DNA of 64,000 nt from Camelus ferus (lineage: Eukaryota), in contig NC_045696.1 in NCBI RefSeq assembly GCF_009834535.1, forward strand, positions 117,926,001 through 117,990,000. The letters run 5' to 3'. Shown in pieces: positions 24,855 through 38,363 of this stretch. A model generated the notes under the pieces. It was not told the origin of the DNA, did not search any database, and worked only from the letters and a program-made list of their open reading frames with translations. A program made the translations under genes and the position numbers. Every line of letters begins with the position of its first letter. Within the stretch, counting starts at the first letter, position 1.

Positions 24855-24990
24855 TGGAGTCACAGATCTCATCTCTGCTCCTTCGCCAGTCCTGTGATCC
24901 AGAGCAAACAACATAACTTCTCTGCACCTCAGTGTTCTGACTTACGAAGTGGGAGTGAAGGTAATACTGCCACCCAAGGCTGTGACTGGC
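24855..24990 (+). mobile_element. MIR fragment
   Basis: cataacttctctgcacctcagtgttctg...gaagtggga matches the MIR core. Confidence 0.55.
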
Positions 24991-25129
24991 CCAGGGGAGC
25001 TAGGCATCGGGGGTGAGGCTGGATAAGTCAGGGGCCTGGTGCCCACGACAGTGAGAGGGCATGGACCGTGCCAGCCACTTCATTTACATGCCATGATGGT
25101 ATCTGTCCTCTACGCCGTATGTGGGATCT

Positions 25130-25800
25130 GAGCACATCTGTCTCCTCCAGGAGACTATAAGCTCCTTGAGGGTAGCAGTCACGCCTCATTGGTCATTACA
25201 CATCCCTGCCCCTTGAGACACTGCCACTCCGTAGTGCCAGGTTCACGAGTACTTATAAGCTATGTTGAATCAACTGATTGAATCTCCATCTGTCTTGAAC
25301 AATCCGGCAAAGAATCCTTGAGGTCAAAAGTTGTCTACTGTGTCCCATACAATTATGAGTATAGTAGTTTCTTAGTAAAAACTCGCTGGTTGATCATATC
25401 CGCATCCTTTGTCTGAACCACTGTGACCATCTTCTAACCTGGTGCCCCTGACTCCACTAGTGCCCCCTTCCTTCCCTAAAACCTCTCTCCACGTGGCAAC
25501 CGAAGGGCTCTTTCTAGTCCTCTCGCACCAAGACCCCACCAGGGCGTAGAGAGAAATCTCCCCAGACCAACACACAGGGTCCTTCATTATCTGTCTCCTG
25601 CTTAGAGCTTTAGCTTCACCCCTCAGCACCCCCTCCTCCAGCCAAATCAAGCCGTTCTCAGGAGCTCGAATGAGCTGTGTGCTCCCTCGCCTCAGGGCCC
25701 TGGCACCTGCTGTTCCTTTGGCTGGAATGTTCTCTCTTTCCCGTCTCTCAACCTGGTTGGGTCTCACTCTCCCTCAAGATGTCACCTCCTACAGAAGGCC
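25130..25800 (+). mobile_element. L2 fragments (~25130-25280 and ~25400-25800)
   Basis: agactataagctccttgagggtagc; ctcagggccctggcacctgctgttcctttggctggaatgttct. Confidence 0.6.
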
Positions 25801-25924
25801 TTTCTGTCCTCTTCTGCACAGGCTGGCTGTCCTCCACAGGAGGACACGAGCTTGTCCCGGGCTGGGCCCTCATCCCTTTGCCTAGTGGACGCACACAGAC
25901 CTGTTCTTCCTGTTTGTCTCCACC

Positions 25925-26390
25925 ACAGAGTGTGGTCCTCAGACTGAGGGATGACTCAGAATCCCACCTACAGGGCTTGTGAGAACCCAGGCTCTGATTC
26001 ATTAGGTCTGAGTGAGGGCCCAAGAATCTGCATTTCCAATGAGCAGCAGTTCTCAAATCAGGCCGCATATCCGAAACACTGGGGGAAGGACTCAAAATTT
26101 TCTACTGCCCAGACCCCACTGCAGATGCATTAAATCAGAGCCTCTTGATGCGGGTGGAGGAGGGGTGGGGATGTGGTAGGCTAAGCATTTGTATTTTTTT
26201 TAGTTCCCCAGACGAGTCCAGGACTAAGAACTCCTGCTTTAGAGCAGTGCTTCTCAAACTCCAACTGCACATGTAAAACTATGGCTAAAATACAGTAGAT
26301 TCGTGGTACAGCCAAGTCTGCATTTCTACCATGCTCCCAGGCGGCACTGACACTGCAGGTCCCCGGTCTGCACTGGGAGGGGAGTCTGAG
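25925..26390. mobile_element. Cluster of MER5-type hAT-Charlie MITE fragments
   Basis: ctctgattcattaggtctgagtgagggcccaagaatctgcatttcc; cagtgcttctcaaactcc; ctgcatttctaccatgctccc. Confidence 0.65.
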
Positions 26391-27254
26391 AAGCAGGGTT
26401 GAGCCACTCACCCCTCCAGAAACTCCACCGTATCTCTAGGAGTCAGCATCATTCAGTGAGCACCTGCTGCCGGGACTCACCCAGCAGCGTCTACGTAGAC
26501 TTGATCTTGTCAGAAACAGATGTTTCCATTGGGACTTTCAATTCAAGTATTGGATTTGAGTCTACCGTCTGCAGTCCTTGCCCACGACGTCTCAGGCTTC
26601 TGCTGGGTCTCCTGTCACTAACAACCACCGAGCATCTTGTTAGTCTCTGGTTTCTGCTGCTTTGGAGGGTGGCTGTGTCTGGCTGAGGTGATTCCCTCAT
26701 AGAACAGTTTATCCGGCCATCTTCTACCATGTCCAGGCTTGTAGGACCTAAACCCAAATTTGGTAAACATCTGTATAGCTGTTTTCACACGATCTGGTAA
26801 AACAAAAAGTCAAAAGCATAATTTGGGGGCATCAATTGTATTTCCATAGCCTAGGAAAGCTCCTGACACAAGGTGAGTGGGCGGTGAATTTGTAGAAGGG
26901 AGGGAGGAAGGAAGGGCAGTGGAGAGAAAGAAAGGGAAGGGGAAGCTAAAAGACAATCTCTTGTCCCAGTGGCCTTTTCTCTCCAGTCACCCTGCTGGAT
27001 CTCAGCAGCCCTCCTGCCGAAAGGTTTGTTTCTCACCTGACCACCACTGGGCAGCCCGATCCAGCCCCACTCCAACTGAGCTGGGGATGCACCCCTCCTT
27101 TCCACTGGCTTCCTTTACAACCTTGGGGACGCCAGCTGGGGTCGGGGGTGCACAGCCCGCCAGCTCTGTTTCATCCAACCCCATGTGTCTAAGGAGGCTC
27201 AGCTTCTCCAAAATGTGAATTAACCGAAGGGTTATCTTCCAAGAGAGACCCCAA

Positions 27255-27625
27255 CCAGGCAGGCCAACAGCCTTTGAAAATGTTCAAATTAGTTGCCAAC
27301 ATTTCAAATTCAAGATACCTTTCACGAAAATCTGGGTGGCCAGCTTCTCTCCAAAATTGGAAAAGCTGGCAACTGGGGGCAAGCTTTGGTTGGACCTGAG
27401 CAGAGACGCCCCCTTCGGTGGGCGCATGCGCTCTCCCTTCGGCGCGCCATCAGCGTGCCACACCCCCGCCCCTCCTGATCGTCCCCGCTTCCGAAGCCAA
27501 GCAGCCATGGCCATTGTCATCTTTACCTCATTTTACTTGAACTATGTTTGCCTTCTGCTCCACCATTTTCATTCACTAGCGTTACCGGCCAGCCCCGGAG
27601 ACCCTCGGGGGTCTGCAGACCCCAC
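27255..27625 (+). mobile_element. MER102-like hAT-Charlie element with an unusually CpG-rich core
   Basis: aattagttgccaacatttcaaattcaaga...gcttctctccaaaattggaaaagctggcaac...cgttaccggcc...tgcagacccc follows the MER102 consensus order. Confidence 0.7.
27400..27515. promoter_or_regulatory. CpG-rich promoter-like element with NRF1 palindrome and GC box
   Basis: gcgcatgcgc at 27422-27431, ccccgccc at ~27464, YY1-like gcagccatggcc; local CpG cluster in an otherwise CpG-poor window. Confidence 0.55.
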
Positions 27626-28309
27626 ATGCAGCGAGCGCAAAGGGCCTCCTATGCAGGACTCACCTCTTTATCTTAAACCCTGAGCTTGTGTTCTGTCATT
27701 TGCTGCTGCTAACTCACCTCCAAAGAGAGAGAGGAGAGAAAAGTTCTCCCTGAACCAGCCCTGACTCTCCACACGCAGCTGTCTGCCTGTCTTTTCCCCT
27801 GCTCTCCTGGTCTCTCAGACTCCTGACCGCCCCACACAGAATTTGCCCACCAGGTAAACCTGCTGCCTTCCCAAGAGATAATAATACTTATCAGGACCTT
27901 TTGTGGAGTTCCTGGACCTTTGGGGGTTGAACCACGCTTTGTGCACAGAAAGCCCTCCATTATCGCCACTATCGTTGTCATTATTATTATTTGGGATTAG
28001 GCAGTCGTCTCAGAAGTCTTGCCAACCACAGGCAGGTGCCATCTAAGAGCCTCACCTGGCCCGGCGTGGTGACTCAGGCCGGACGCACCTGGCTGGAGGG
28101 CTCTGGCTCAGCCTACTGGGTGCTGGGCTTTTGCCAGAGCAGAGCGCTGCCCAGAAATGCTGGATCCTCCCCACCTCCCACTCCCACCCCCCCGCCCCCA
28201 GAGAACACAGTTTCTGTACCACTCTGCAGAGACCCAGTGCTGCAGCAGGACTTAAGCCAGCCTCAAGGGGCCGGATTCCCTCCTAGGAAGAAAGGGACAC
28301 CCAATTCAA

Positions 28310-28450
28310 CTTGGGGTCAGGGGCTGCATTCCCACCCTGACTGTCACTCTACAGCTGTGTGACACTCAGTGTATTGACCTCTGCCGTCTCTGGTTCTCAT
28401 CTGTAAAGTGTGGATAACAATTTCCAACTTTATGATAATACTATGAGGCA
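28310..28450 (+). mobile_element. MIR fragment
   Basis: cagctgtgtgac...tctcatctgtaaagtgtggataacaat. Confidence 0.6.
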
Positions 28451-29586
28451 TATGTAAACAGATTTGAAAGTACGTATGTAACATATATAAATACATCTTT
28501 ATGTATGAATGTCTGTAAGTGTCAGGTGTATAGCAAGCCCTCTATTTACAGACAAAGAAAGGGATCCATCCCTATTCAGGCTTACAGAACCACCCAGAAG
28601 CACACTGCTCTAGCAGCAGGACCGGGGTACACAGACAAGATACCCCAGGAAGCAGCAGTGGATATAAATATTCAGAGAAGAGTTTCCACTCACCAGCCTG
28701 CCTGCCCCCACCTGAATCCTGTCTTCACCTTTTCCACCTCTCCCCAACCCCCAGCCAAATGTCTTCCAAGAAAAGTGAGCTTTTCCCCCGTCTTGATTCT
28801 CAGCCTGTCTCTCTGCTATGTCCACGAGGCAAGTCTGCCCCCAGCAAAGGAACTGGGGTGTGGAACATCCACACTGCTTCCTAATCACCTCATTTGGCCT
28901 TTTCCATATGCACCTCTCAAAACAAACACCCTCAAAACAGCTGAGAACATGGATAGTGTTGAATCAGCAATTCAAAGGAAGAGTTGACCAGAGACCTACA
29001 GAGATGAAGGTTGGTGTGAAGCAAGGGGTGAGTGCTGCCAGGTCACTCTCCATTTTTTGTTTCTCTTTCTCTCTGCACAATGGCAGAAAGCATGGCTATA
29101 GCAGCTGCACAGTTTCATCGACACCGGGGAGACAACCATTAGAGAGACTGGCTGATAGCCTTTCTGATGCCAAATTTTAAAATCCCAAGGAAGCACTTTG
29201 AGTGCCTAGCTTTGGTCAGGAGCTCTGTCCTGGACCAATCAGCTTTGACCAGGTGAGGGCAAAATACTGTGATTGGTGCTGTTAGGTCTGGGACCCACCC
29301 CCAGACCAACCAATCATTGGTCAGAACGATGAGCTAATGTTAGAACCTGGAAGCCCAGTCTTCTTTTGGCAACATTCATGTTAATGCTCACATCAGGTTT
29401 CTTCTGTGTTTCTATTGGTGCATTATAGTGGATACAGATAAGGAGCCCTGTGCCCCAGCTGTGGTGAACACATTCTCTAATATCCTTCTCAGGTCATTTA
29501 TCCTGTCTCCCTTAGTGATGCTGAATGAGAAACAGGACAGGAGAGAAAGAGCCATCTATTTTAAGGCTATGATAGTTTTTCTTCTG

Positions 29587-30362
29587 GACTCTTGTGCACT
29601 GTTGATGGGAATGTAAATTGTCGCAGCCACTATGGAAAACAGCATGGAGTTTCCTCAAACAACTATGACTAGAGCTACCATACAATCCAGTAATTCCACT
29701 TCTGAGTATTTAGCCAAAGAAAACAAAAACACTAGTATGAAAAGATATACCTATTCCAGTGTTCATTGTAGCACTATTTACAACAGCCAAGATATGGAAG
29801 CAACCTAAGTGTCCATCGATGGATGACTGGATAAAGAAGATGTGATATATATGCCATGGAATATTATTCAGCTATAAGAAGGACATCCTGCCTTTTGTGA
29901 CAACATGGATGCAGCTTGACAGCATTCTGCTAAATAAAATAAGTCAGACAGAGAAGGACAAATACTATATGATAGCACCTACATGTAGAATCCAAAAAAG
30001 CCAAACTCATAGAAACAGAAGTATAGTGTGGTACCAGGGCCTAAGGGATGGCAGAAGTGGGGAGATGTTACTCAAAGGGTACAAACTTCAGGTCAGAAGA
30101 TGAATAAATCCACAGATGTAATGCACACCCATTGCAATTATAGTCAACAATACTATATTATATACTTGAAAGTTGCTAAAAGAGTAGATCTTGAATGTTC
30201 TCACTACAAAAAAAAAGTTATGTTACATGAAGGAGGTGTTAGCTACAGTAGTTATGGTAATAATCATATTATGTTACAACATATATGGACCAAGTCAATA
30301 CACTGCACACCTTAAACTTACACAATGTTATATGTCAGTTTTATCCCAACAAAACCGGAAAA
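29587..30362 (+). mobile_element. L1 3' end, older L1MA-type
   Basis: gggaatgtaaattg...gccactatggaaaacagcatggag...; ORF 29897-30103 TTWMQLDSILLNKISQTEKDKYYMI; L1MA-type 3'UTR. Confidence 0.92.
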
Positions 30363-32025
30363 CATCTTAAAATAATTTTTCTTTTCATATAAAGCCTTTT
30401 CAGAGTGTCTAAGCTTTTTCTAAGATTTGTTGAAAACAACTTTAAAGGAGCAAAGCATTAGTGGAAGGAACGTGAAAGGCTGATGTAAGAAGCTGGCTGT
30501 GTGATTCAACTCCTCCAAGCCTCAGTTCTTTCAGGGTTAAGAAAGAAAATCAATGTATGAAAAGTGGTGGATAGCATTCAACTAACATTTGGAATCCATC
30601 AGCTTTTGGGGTGCTTCTTCCATATCTTACTTAGGGTATCTCTCCATATTTTAGTAGGAACAGCAAGAACAAAAGGACGAGTTTCCAAAGTAGCTATCTG
30701 GTCTACTTTGGCACCAATGTATGTAGCTTTTCCCTACCTCCCACCAAAACAAAAAAATTCTGAGCACACTTCACAAATTCTATTCCTGAAACAATCTGTT
30801 ATTTGGTGAAAGCCAGGTTAAATGAACTCACCAGTTGTCTTGACTTAACGGAGTTTGGAGAATTAACACTCAACTTATGCTGACACTTCAGAGATGGCGG
30901 TGGTGCAATCAGGTAGTTCTTTGTAGCAGTACAGATAGAAACCCAGAACTCAGTGGAAATCCAAGTCAACTCTTGAGACTGTCTTTTTTCTCAACCACAC
31001 AGAGCCTACAATCTGAGCAACCTTAAAGACAGCCGGATCTTGAAGTCCATCTGGTAAAGAAGCTGCAGATGTAGAAGAAACATGTTGAGACTATTATTAG
31101 AGAACTTTTCTACTCTTTGAAATTCATCAAGGAGATAGGTGCCCTTTGGGGACTGAGAGAATGGGGCACTCTAACATCCTAGGATGTTACTTCAGATTTC
31201 TTTCAGTCCAGGCATTACCAAATTTCCAAAACATGTAGACGCCTTGGGTTACAGCTCTCTGGATGGCTTTGGGAACATGTAGTCAAAAATCTGGGGCAGC
31301 TGTTTAGTGGCTTGGATGGCCATCCAGCTCAACCCAAGCCTGTGCAAGAGGTTGCCTGGCACATGAATTGGCTGAAAAGATAAAGCAGGGTCAAAGCCAA
31401 ATACAGTTCAGAACTAAATAACATCACATAGACAAAGAACACATCACAATACCGAGCATGTTCAAGGGATTCAATACCAGAGATTTACTATTGTTTTGGA
31501 GGGGTTAAGTTTGAGGCTGAGGTTGGGTTGGGGTTGAAATTGATGTTGGCTTTATTCTTGGTAGAGGTGAAATATTTGGAATCCTTTCTTTCTTGTTGGG
31601 TGCCAACCCACAGGTGTTTAAGTTAGACCTGCCCAAACTCTCCAACTAGATTATGAATTTCTTTAGCAACAAGACCTATACCCTAAAGTTTCTTTATCCT
31701 CACAACACCTAGTGTTCTACACATAGAAAGTGCTTGGCAAAAACTTAACTCCCCTAATTTGTTAAAAATGTGACCTGACTGGATCCTCAAAGTTGCTCCC
31801 AGGCCATCTTGTGAATCAGAGAGAGGGCAGAAGAGTCTGGGGAGCCAGAAGCCATTTGTCTGATTCTAGTCTACACAAGAAGTGCCATTTGTGTAAATCT
31901 GCGTACCAGGGGCTGCAAGTGAAATGTGAAATAACTAATGGGACTGCCATCTTGAAAACGCCCATCAAATTTCTTCAACGTCAAACCCTCACATTGTGCA
32001 TCGAAAGAGAACGCACATATCTTAT

Positions 32026-32173
32026 ATTGTGGTAGCTCACAGCGAAAAAGAATATGACAATGAATATGTGTATGTTCATGTATAACTGAAAAATTGTGCT
32101 CTACACTGGAAATTGACTCAACATTGTAAACTGACTATAACTCAATAAAAAAAGTTATTTAAAAAAAAGAAAA
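32026..32173 (+). mobile_element. Very short L1 3' end inserted at the 5' junction of another L1
   Basis: L1 3'UTR terminus with A tail; 18-bp TSD agaa(c/t)gcacatatcttat at 32008-32025 and 32174-32191. Confidence 0.85.
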
Positions 32174-32183
32174 AGAATGCACA

Positions 32184-32548
32184 TATCTTATGACATCACT
32201 TATATGTGGAATATAAAAAGAAGATACAAATCTTATTTACAAACCAAAAATTGATGCACAGACATAGAAAACAAACTGTGGTTACCAAAGGGGAAAGGGC
32301 AGGGGAAGTATAGATTAGGAGTTTGGGATTAGCAGATACACACTACTATGTATAAAATAGATAAACAAAGACCTACGTATAGCACAGGGAACTATATTCA
32401 ATTTCTTACAACAACATATAATGGAAAAGAATCTGAAAAAATACATATGTGTGTGTAACTGAATTGTGTTGCTGTACCCTTGAAACTAACATTGTAAATC
32501 AACTACACTTCAATAAAAAATCAAAGTTTTAAAAAAAATTTTTAAAAA
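32184..32548 (+). mobile_element. L1 3' end (earlier insertion at the same site)
   Basis: tcacttatatgtggaat...atagcacagggaactatattcaa...aataaaaaa; followed by agagaatgcaca (32552-32563), matching the upstream target. Confidence 0.9.
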
Positions 32549-35500
32549 GAGAGAGAATGCACAATGGAGATATATCCCAGAAGCTGGTGGAGAAATTGTA
32601 TAGAACTGTTCCTGCTAACAAAATTAAAATAATAAGAGCACAGCTCTGAAAAAATTAGTTATCCACTGTCTAGTTCCAATTGATTCAATGTGTGTCTAAG
32701 TCTGAGCACCATCATGACATGTTGGCTTAACCTCTCCAGGGTGAAAAGTTTCAAGCCATGTTGATTCCACTTTCTCCTTAATTCTGACAATCACCTCCTC
32801 CGAGCAAGCAAAAACTTTAGAAAGTGTCGTACAAAAACAAAGCAAAACAAAAATCTCTTTGTAGTGCCAATGAACATGGCAAAAAGGAGAGAGAGGATTG
32901 TGAAATTCTGGAAGATGAGATGCTTAATGAGTGTTTCCTGGTTATAAGGTGTTGTTTCTGCTATCCATAAATCCAATCAAGCCGTCTCCTCCGTACAGGG
33001 GTATCTACAAGGTGTGCCCTGAGACTTGGGGATAATTGCAGGCTGGCTGGAGGCCAGAACCTCAGCCTCAAGGAAGAGCCAAAATTATATAGCTAAGCAC
33101 GTATTAATCAGATTAACTTCCAAGGATGCCAGTTCTGGAATCTTCTTCACAAATAAGCATCTTCGCATGCAATTTTAAAAGAAAACAAAACACTCATTTG
33201 CTCAAATGGAGTCATCTGGCTGGATAGGTCTAGAAAAGATGTTTTAGCCCAGTCATGGAAAAAACACCAGGGAACACCCCGAAAGAAGTTAGGGTGGGTC
33301 CAGTGAAATTCCAACAGCCTGCCTAACAGACCTGCTCCTGAGACTGCGTTCTTTTTCCACGGCTTTAATTTTTCTGGGAAATTTTGTTTGTGGTCAAGAT
33401 CAGATGCTGTCTTCAGAGGCGAATAGAGAATTCAGGTCATCTGACATATATTTAGGCCAGGGAGGCACTTTTATTTCAATTGCCTGCTTATTTCCAAAAG
33501 AAAAAAAGAATGATTTCTTTTAAAATTCTACTAGACTTGAGAGTGCATTTTGTTTTACATACCTCAAAATGCACTTTTGTCCACATCGTTTGCTGCTTTT
33601 CCTACATGCAGAGGGGCTAAGGTGTAGCCTGAGACCAGGAGGAGAGGCAGAAACCTCCCATGGGGCAAAGCTTAAGAGAATGGAGGAAACCTGAGGTCCC
33701 AAATGTCAATAACTAAGTCTGGAGGGTCATACAAATCCAAGGAACGGGACCATGTCACTAGCAAGGAACTGCGATATCTTCTTCAGTTTGTAGCTTGTAT
33801 ATGTGGACTCATTAGGGCATGCGGGGTGGGTGGGAGTGAAGGCAGCAGAGGTTTTCAGAGCTTTGAAATTTTTCAATTTCTTGGGGATGTTAATTTCAAT
33901 TTTCTTGTGTCTTAGCAATTAAACCATTAAAAAAATGGCTGCTTAGGTAGGTTAGATCTTTTGGAGATAAAAATTCAACACCCTCCCCACCCCAAGGAAA
34001 CTGACAGACCTTTGGATGGGCAGCTGAGAGCCTGGGGGTCTATACTATGGGGAAATGCTCTGCACTTCAAGGATTTCCACATGTTAAAGAAGTTGCTTAA
34101 GAGTTTTTTATCCTGTAAAGGAAGCACAGTGAATCAATTTACAATTATTGAAACTGGACAGTTCAGGAAAATCTACTCTTTGTTTTATTTACAGCATGGC
34201 ATTTAAAAAAAAAAAAAACTCACAGATGATCTTAAAGACCAGTATCTTATTTACAGATTATACCTATAGGATACAATGTAAAATTTGCCCTCTGATCACA
34301 GAGGGATGTGTGTAAATACAAAAGGATAAAGAATCTGCTTGATCAAAGTTACTCTACCAAGATACTTTCTGATCTAACTTACATAAAACATATTTTATGG
34401 ACACCTGACTTTTATTTTAATCTTTCATCCAAAGTCTAGATAGATTTTTACTGAGCTCCGTGTCTTAAAATTATAACTCTTCATTTTGATCAGACTTTGT
34501 AGTATACATAAATTAGCAAACATACACAGCATCTCACAGTTAAAAACAAGTTGTTTTAATGAAAACATAACCTGAAAATCAAGCACTATTTTTTTGGAGG
34601 GAAGAGACATTGGTTGAACAGCAGGGTCTTATTGACATTAAAAATAGTTGACATAAGTCTACAAGGATGCTGAAATTTAACTTTTGTAGGTTTTTATTAT
34701 ACCCAGAGTATCAAAGATAACAGAATTTATTCATAGAATGGCAGTCATTGAATTCAGTTTTCTGGTACAATTTTCTTCGCATATAAACTCATAAAAAATG
34801 TGATGGGTGAACCATTAGGAATGCTTAAAGCAGCCCCTGATGTATGCCCGCACAGAAAGAACAGATAGATTGCAAAATGTTTATGCCTTTTACATTTTTT
34901 AGAGTATTAATAAGGAAACACTGTGATTACCAATCGGAGAAGACTCCGGAGTGCTGCTTGTAAAGTGTGCCATTATAAAGATTTATATCTGTATCTGGGG
35001 AGTAATATGGAGCATTGATATTTTAAGGAGCTCAGTTCAAAACTCTCTGTATTCAGTGAAAGGCTGGGAGAGTGAAATTTTTTTTTTTTTTCTCGTGGCA
35101 GAAGAGCGTGTATGGCCGGTAGTGGATGATCTACATGGTAGGAAGAAATAGACTCGATCCCCCAAATAGTCACCAAACACTTGAAAACGTATTCCAAGGG
35201 AGCTCTGCAACTTCTCAGCCCAACTGTGCATCACAGCTGGAGGTGAGGGAGGTGTGGGATTATCTGCTCAGTGCGAGTCCTGCGTTGGTTATGTGTTACA
35301 TCAGTATGCTTGGGGACATCAATGAGGTTTTCCTGTAGGGGTAGCAAACGCCACTCTCAGATCTAAACATTTGCCCTGATGCCTGCTTCAGAGCAGACAT
35401 CTGACACTGGGTTGTGATTTGAAGGATTCCAGCCATGGCCCCTCTTCCATAGTGTATCCCATGCATCCATCTACTTCCACCGAGAAGCCACCACTGAAGA

Positions 35501-35837
35501 GCTCTGCTCTGGTGTCAAGGTTTTGCAGGCCCAGAGTTCTGTGTTAAAGCCAATCACTCCTGGACAAAAAGATCCATCACTACAGAGCGGAATTTGTTTG
35601 AGATAGTCTTTATGACAAGACAGTTGGGCACTGAAGCCCTATGTTTAGGGTGGGTGGGGGCCTTATGGAACACCGTGGAGTCAACATAAGCATGGAACTG
35701 CCTGAGTAGGGAGCTCCCCACCCCTGCACTCTCACCTTCCCCCCTTCCCTCTCAGGGAGAGGACACTGCCAGAGGGCTCCAAGGGCAAAGTTTCATTATT
35801 TGACTTTTAGCCAAGAATAACCTTGGATAAAGTTGGC

Positions 35838-36240
35838 TCATTCATTCACTAAATATTTCTTGAACATCCTTTAAGTACCAGGCCTGGTGCTCAACTCCAG
35901 CTACATGGTGACAACCAAAGCAGACATGGTCCAGACCTCCAGAAGCCTACAGTTCTGTGGGGGAAGACATTCATAAATCAAGTAAATTAACAAATAAATA
36001 GGTACAAAGTCTAACAAGTGTCACTTGTCAAAGGAAAATAAGTCCTACATGCTCAGCTGTCTGAGGAAGGGACACAAACGGAGGCCTAAAGGAGCGGGTA
36101 GGAAGAAGAAAGGGCATTCCAGGGAAAAGGGAGTTTATCTGAAGATCACACGGACGGGAGGAGATCAGGGTGTCCACAGTACAGAGGCTGGGTGAGTTTG
36201 GAGAGAAAGACAGTGGCAAGGACACATGGGGCCTCACTGG
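35838..36240 (-). mobile_element. L2 3' fragment
   Basis: tcattcattcactaaatatttcttgaacatcc...gtaccaggcctggtgct matches the reverse L2 end. Confidence 0.7.
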
Positions 36241-36489
36241 ACATCCACCCCTCTTATTTCACAATTCCAGAACAAAATAGCAGATTCCAAGCTCTTCACT
36301 TGTACTTGGGAAATTCTCACGCACCCTCTCTGCCTAACAATAATCACAATAACCGTAATTAATATTCTTCGACACCTGTATGACTCATAAAGGGCTTTCA
36401 CACTAGCATTTGTTCATTTACTATTATTAATATTATTAAATATCAAAATCATAACATTTAAGGGGAATGCTTGGAACTTCGGGCGGATT

Positions 36490-36640
36490 ATGTCAGTGAA
36501 CTCTCAACACAATACTTCAGAGCAAGATGGCTACCTCCCATCTTCCAGACGAGGAAAACAAAGCTCTACCAGGTTCCGAGTGGACCCCAGGCTTGCACAG
36601 TTGCTGACCCAGGTATATCTGGTTCCAATATCCACACTCC
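36490..36640 (-). mobile_element. MIR fragment
   Basis: cccatcttccagacgaggaaaacaaagctc. Confidence 0.5.
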
Positions 36641-36643
36641 AGA

Positions 36644-36840
36644 CTGAGGGTTGGCAAACCACAGCACCTGTTTCTGTAAATACAGTTCTTGGGGGAGCAC
36701 AGCCTCGCCCATTCCTGCTGACGGCTGCTCTCCCGTGATGCCGGCAGACTTGAGTAGATGCAGCAGGATCTGGATGGCCCATAAAGTCTAAAATATTTAC
36801 TGCATTGACATTTACAGAAAAAGTCTGCTGACCTCTGCCC
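36644..36840. mobile_element. MER58A-like MITE
   Basis: gagggttggcaaaccacagc...ggcccataaagtctaaaatatttact...tttacagaaaaagtctgctgacctctg. Confidence 0.8.
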
Positions 36841-37034
36841 TCGACAGGACAAGAGCTTTTATGCAAAGACTCTTGGAACCCCCTTGGGATAAATTCTCTA
36901 AAATTATCAGCGTCTATGTTTAGCTGTGTGCTTTTTTCTGACGAAAGGGTCTATGGCTTTCATCAGATTCTCAAAAGAATTTATGACTTAAAAATAAATT
37001 AAGAGCCCAACTGAATCAGAGGATGTAGTGGAAC

Positions 37035-37235
37035 AGTGATCTTCAAAGTGCGTGTGGTCCCCAGACCCACAGCAGAGAACTCGCTGGGAAGTCGGCAACT
37101 TCCACCTGGGAACTTGTTAGAAATGCAAGTTTCTGCTGAATTAGAAACCCTGAAAGTGGGGCCCCGGAAGCTGGGTTTTAACAAGCGTCCCCCACCTCCA
37201 GATAGTTCTGAAGCTCTTCCAAGTTTGAAACCCTC
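37035..37235 (+). mobile_element. MER5A-like MITE
   Basis: cacctgggaacttgttagaaatgcaag...gtggggccccggaagctgggttttaacaagc. Confidence 0.75.
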
Positions 37236-37289
37236 CAAGCTATCGAACCTTAAAAAGTCAAAGTGATTTTGTACAGTGACAGGTGGGTA

Positions 37290-37390
37290 GTAGGATGATG
37301 GTGGGGGTCATTTCCTAATGTATGTAAGTGCCCAATCACTACGTTGGACACCTGAAACTAACATAAGATGGTATGTCAACAAGAAAAAGT
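37290..37390 (+). mobile_element. Short L1 3' terminus
   Basis: aatcactacgttggacacctgaaactaacataagatggtatgtcaac. Confidence 0.6.
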
Positions 37391-38363
37391 CGAAACTCAC
37401 AAAACCAAATTCAAAACATAGCATGCCAACCCATCAGAACTCTTGGGTTTAACCGTAATTTTTTTTCCTTTTGCATTTTATGGAGAGAAAGAGGAAAAAA
37501 TGGCTTATTTGAGCAGATACTCGAAGTTGTCCTCTTATCCATTGGCTATGACTGTCAACTGCGGCTTTTAAAACTGAACATTTAAGTTCATCTGAGATTT
37601 GCAATTAAAGGGCATGGCAGCATTTGGCTTTCTTGCCTTTCAACACTGGACTCTTGTTGAAGCTGTTCAGACTGATTGTTAATTGCCAACTAAGGTAAAC
37701 CCCTCTGCAGACGCCACACTGTGAAAAACATACTAGAGACCACCATCTGGCCCATTCCTTTTTAGTGACACAAGTGATAAAATGGTCAAACATAAAAATT
37801 CACTGCCTTGGAACAAGAATTTTCCTCCAACAAACTAGCTGGGGTGAGTCTGCCTATCCCGGGCCACCATCTACAGACACATTTCTGGTCCAGACCTGGG
37901 TAGCTCTCGTCACAGTCCCTCACACCTCGCCTCGTGCTCTCCTTTCTACCATTTGTTCATTTCTGAGACATTTCTTTACAGCTCTGAAATCCTTTACGTG
38001 ACTTTGGAGATGAACATGAGGTTATTGTTGATGGTGTTGAAGATTATGGTTTTAAATGAAGAGAGGATTCTTTGGGACATTTCCCACATTTTCCATTTCT
38101 GCTATTTTCTTTCCATTAAGATTGCCTGATAAGACTGACTGCTCTTCTGTGCACTTATGCCTTTGTGGGGGGAAGCCTTGCTCTTGGTTTGGCTGAAGTC
38201 ATCCAGAGAGACGTCTACCTACAGACAGATGAGACGTTCACCAGCTGCCCAGTTGAACCGTAACTCCCCGGCACCGTCTTCCAGCTCGGAGCCCCATGCA
38301 GGGTTTTTCATTGTCTGCACCCCTCCAGCAGTGATTCCAGAAGTTTCACATAAACCTACCCGA

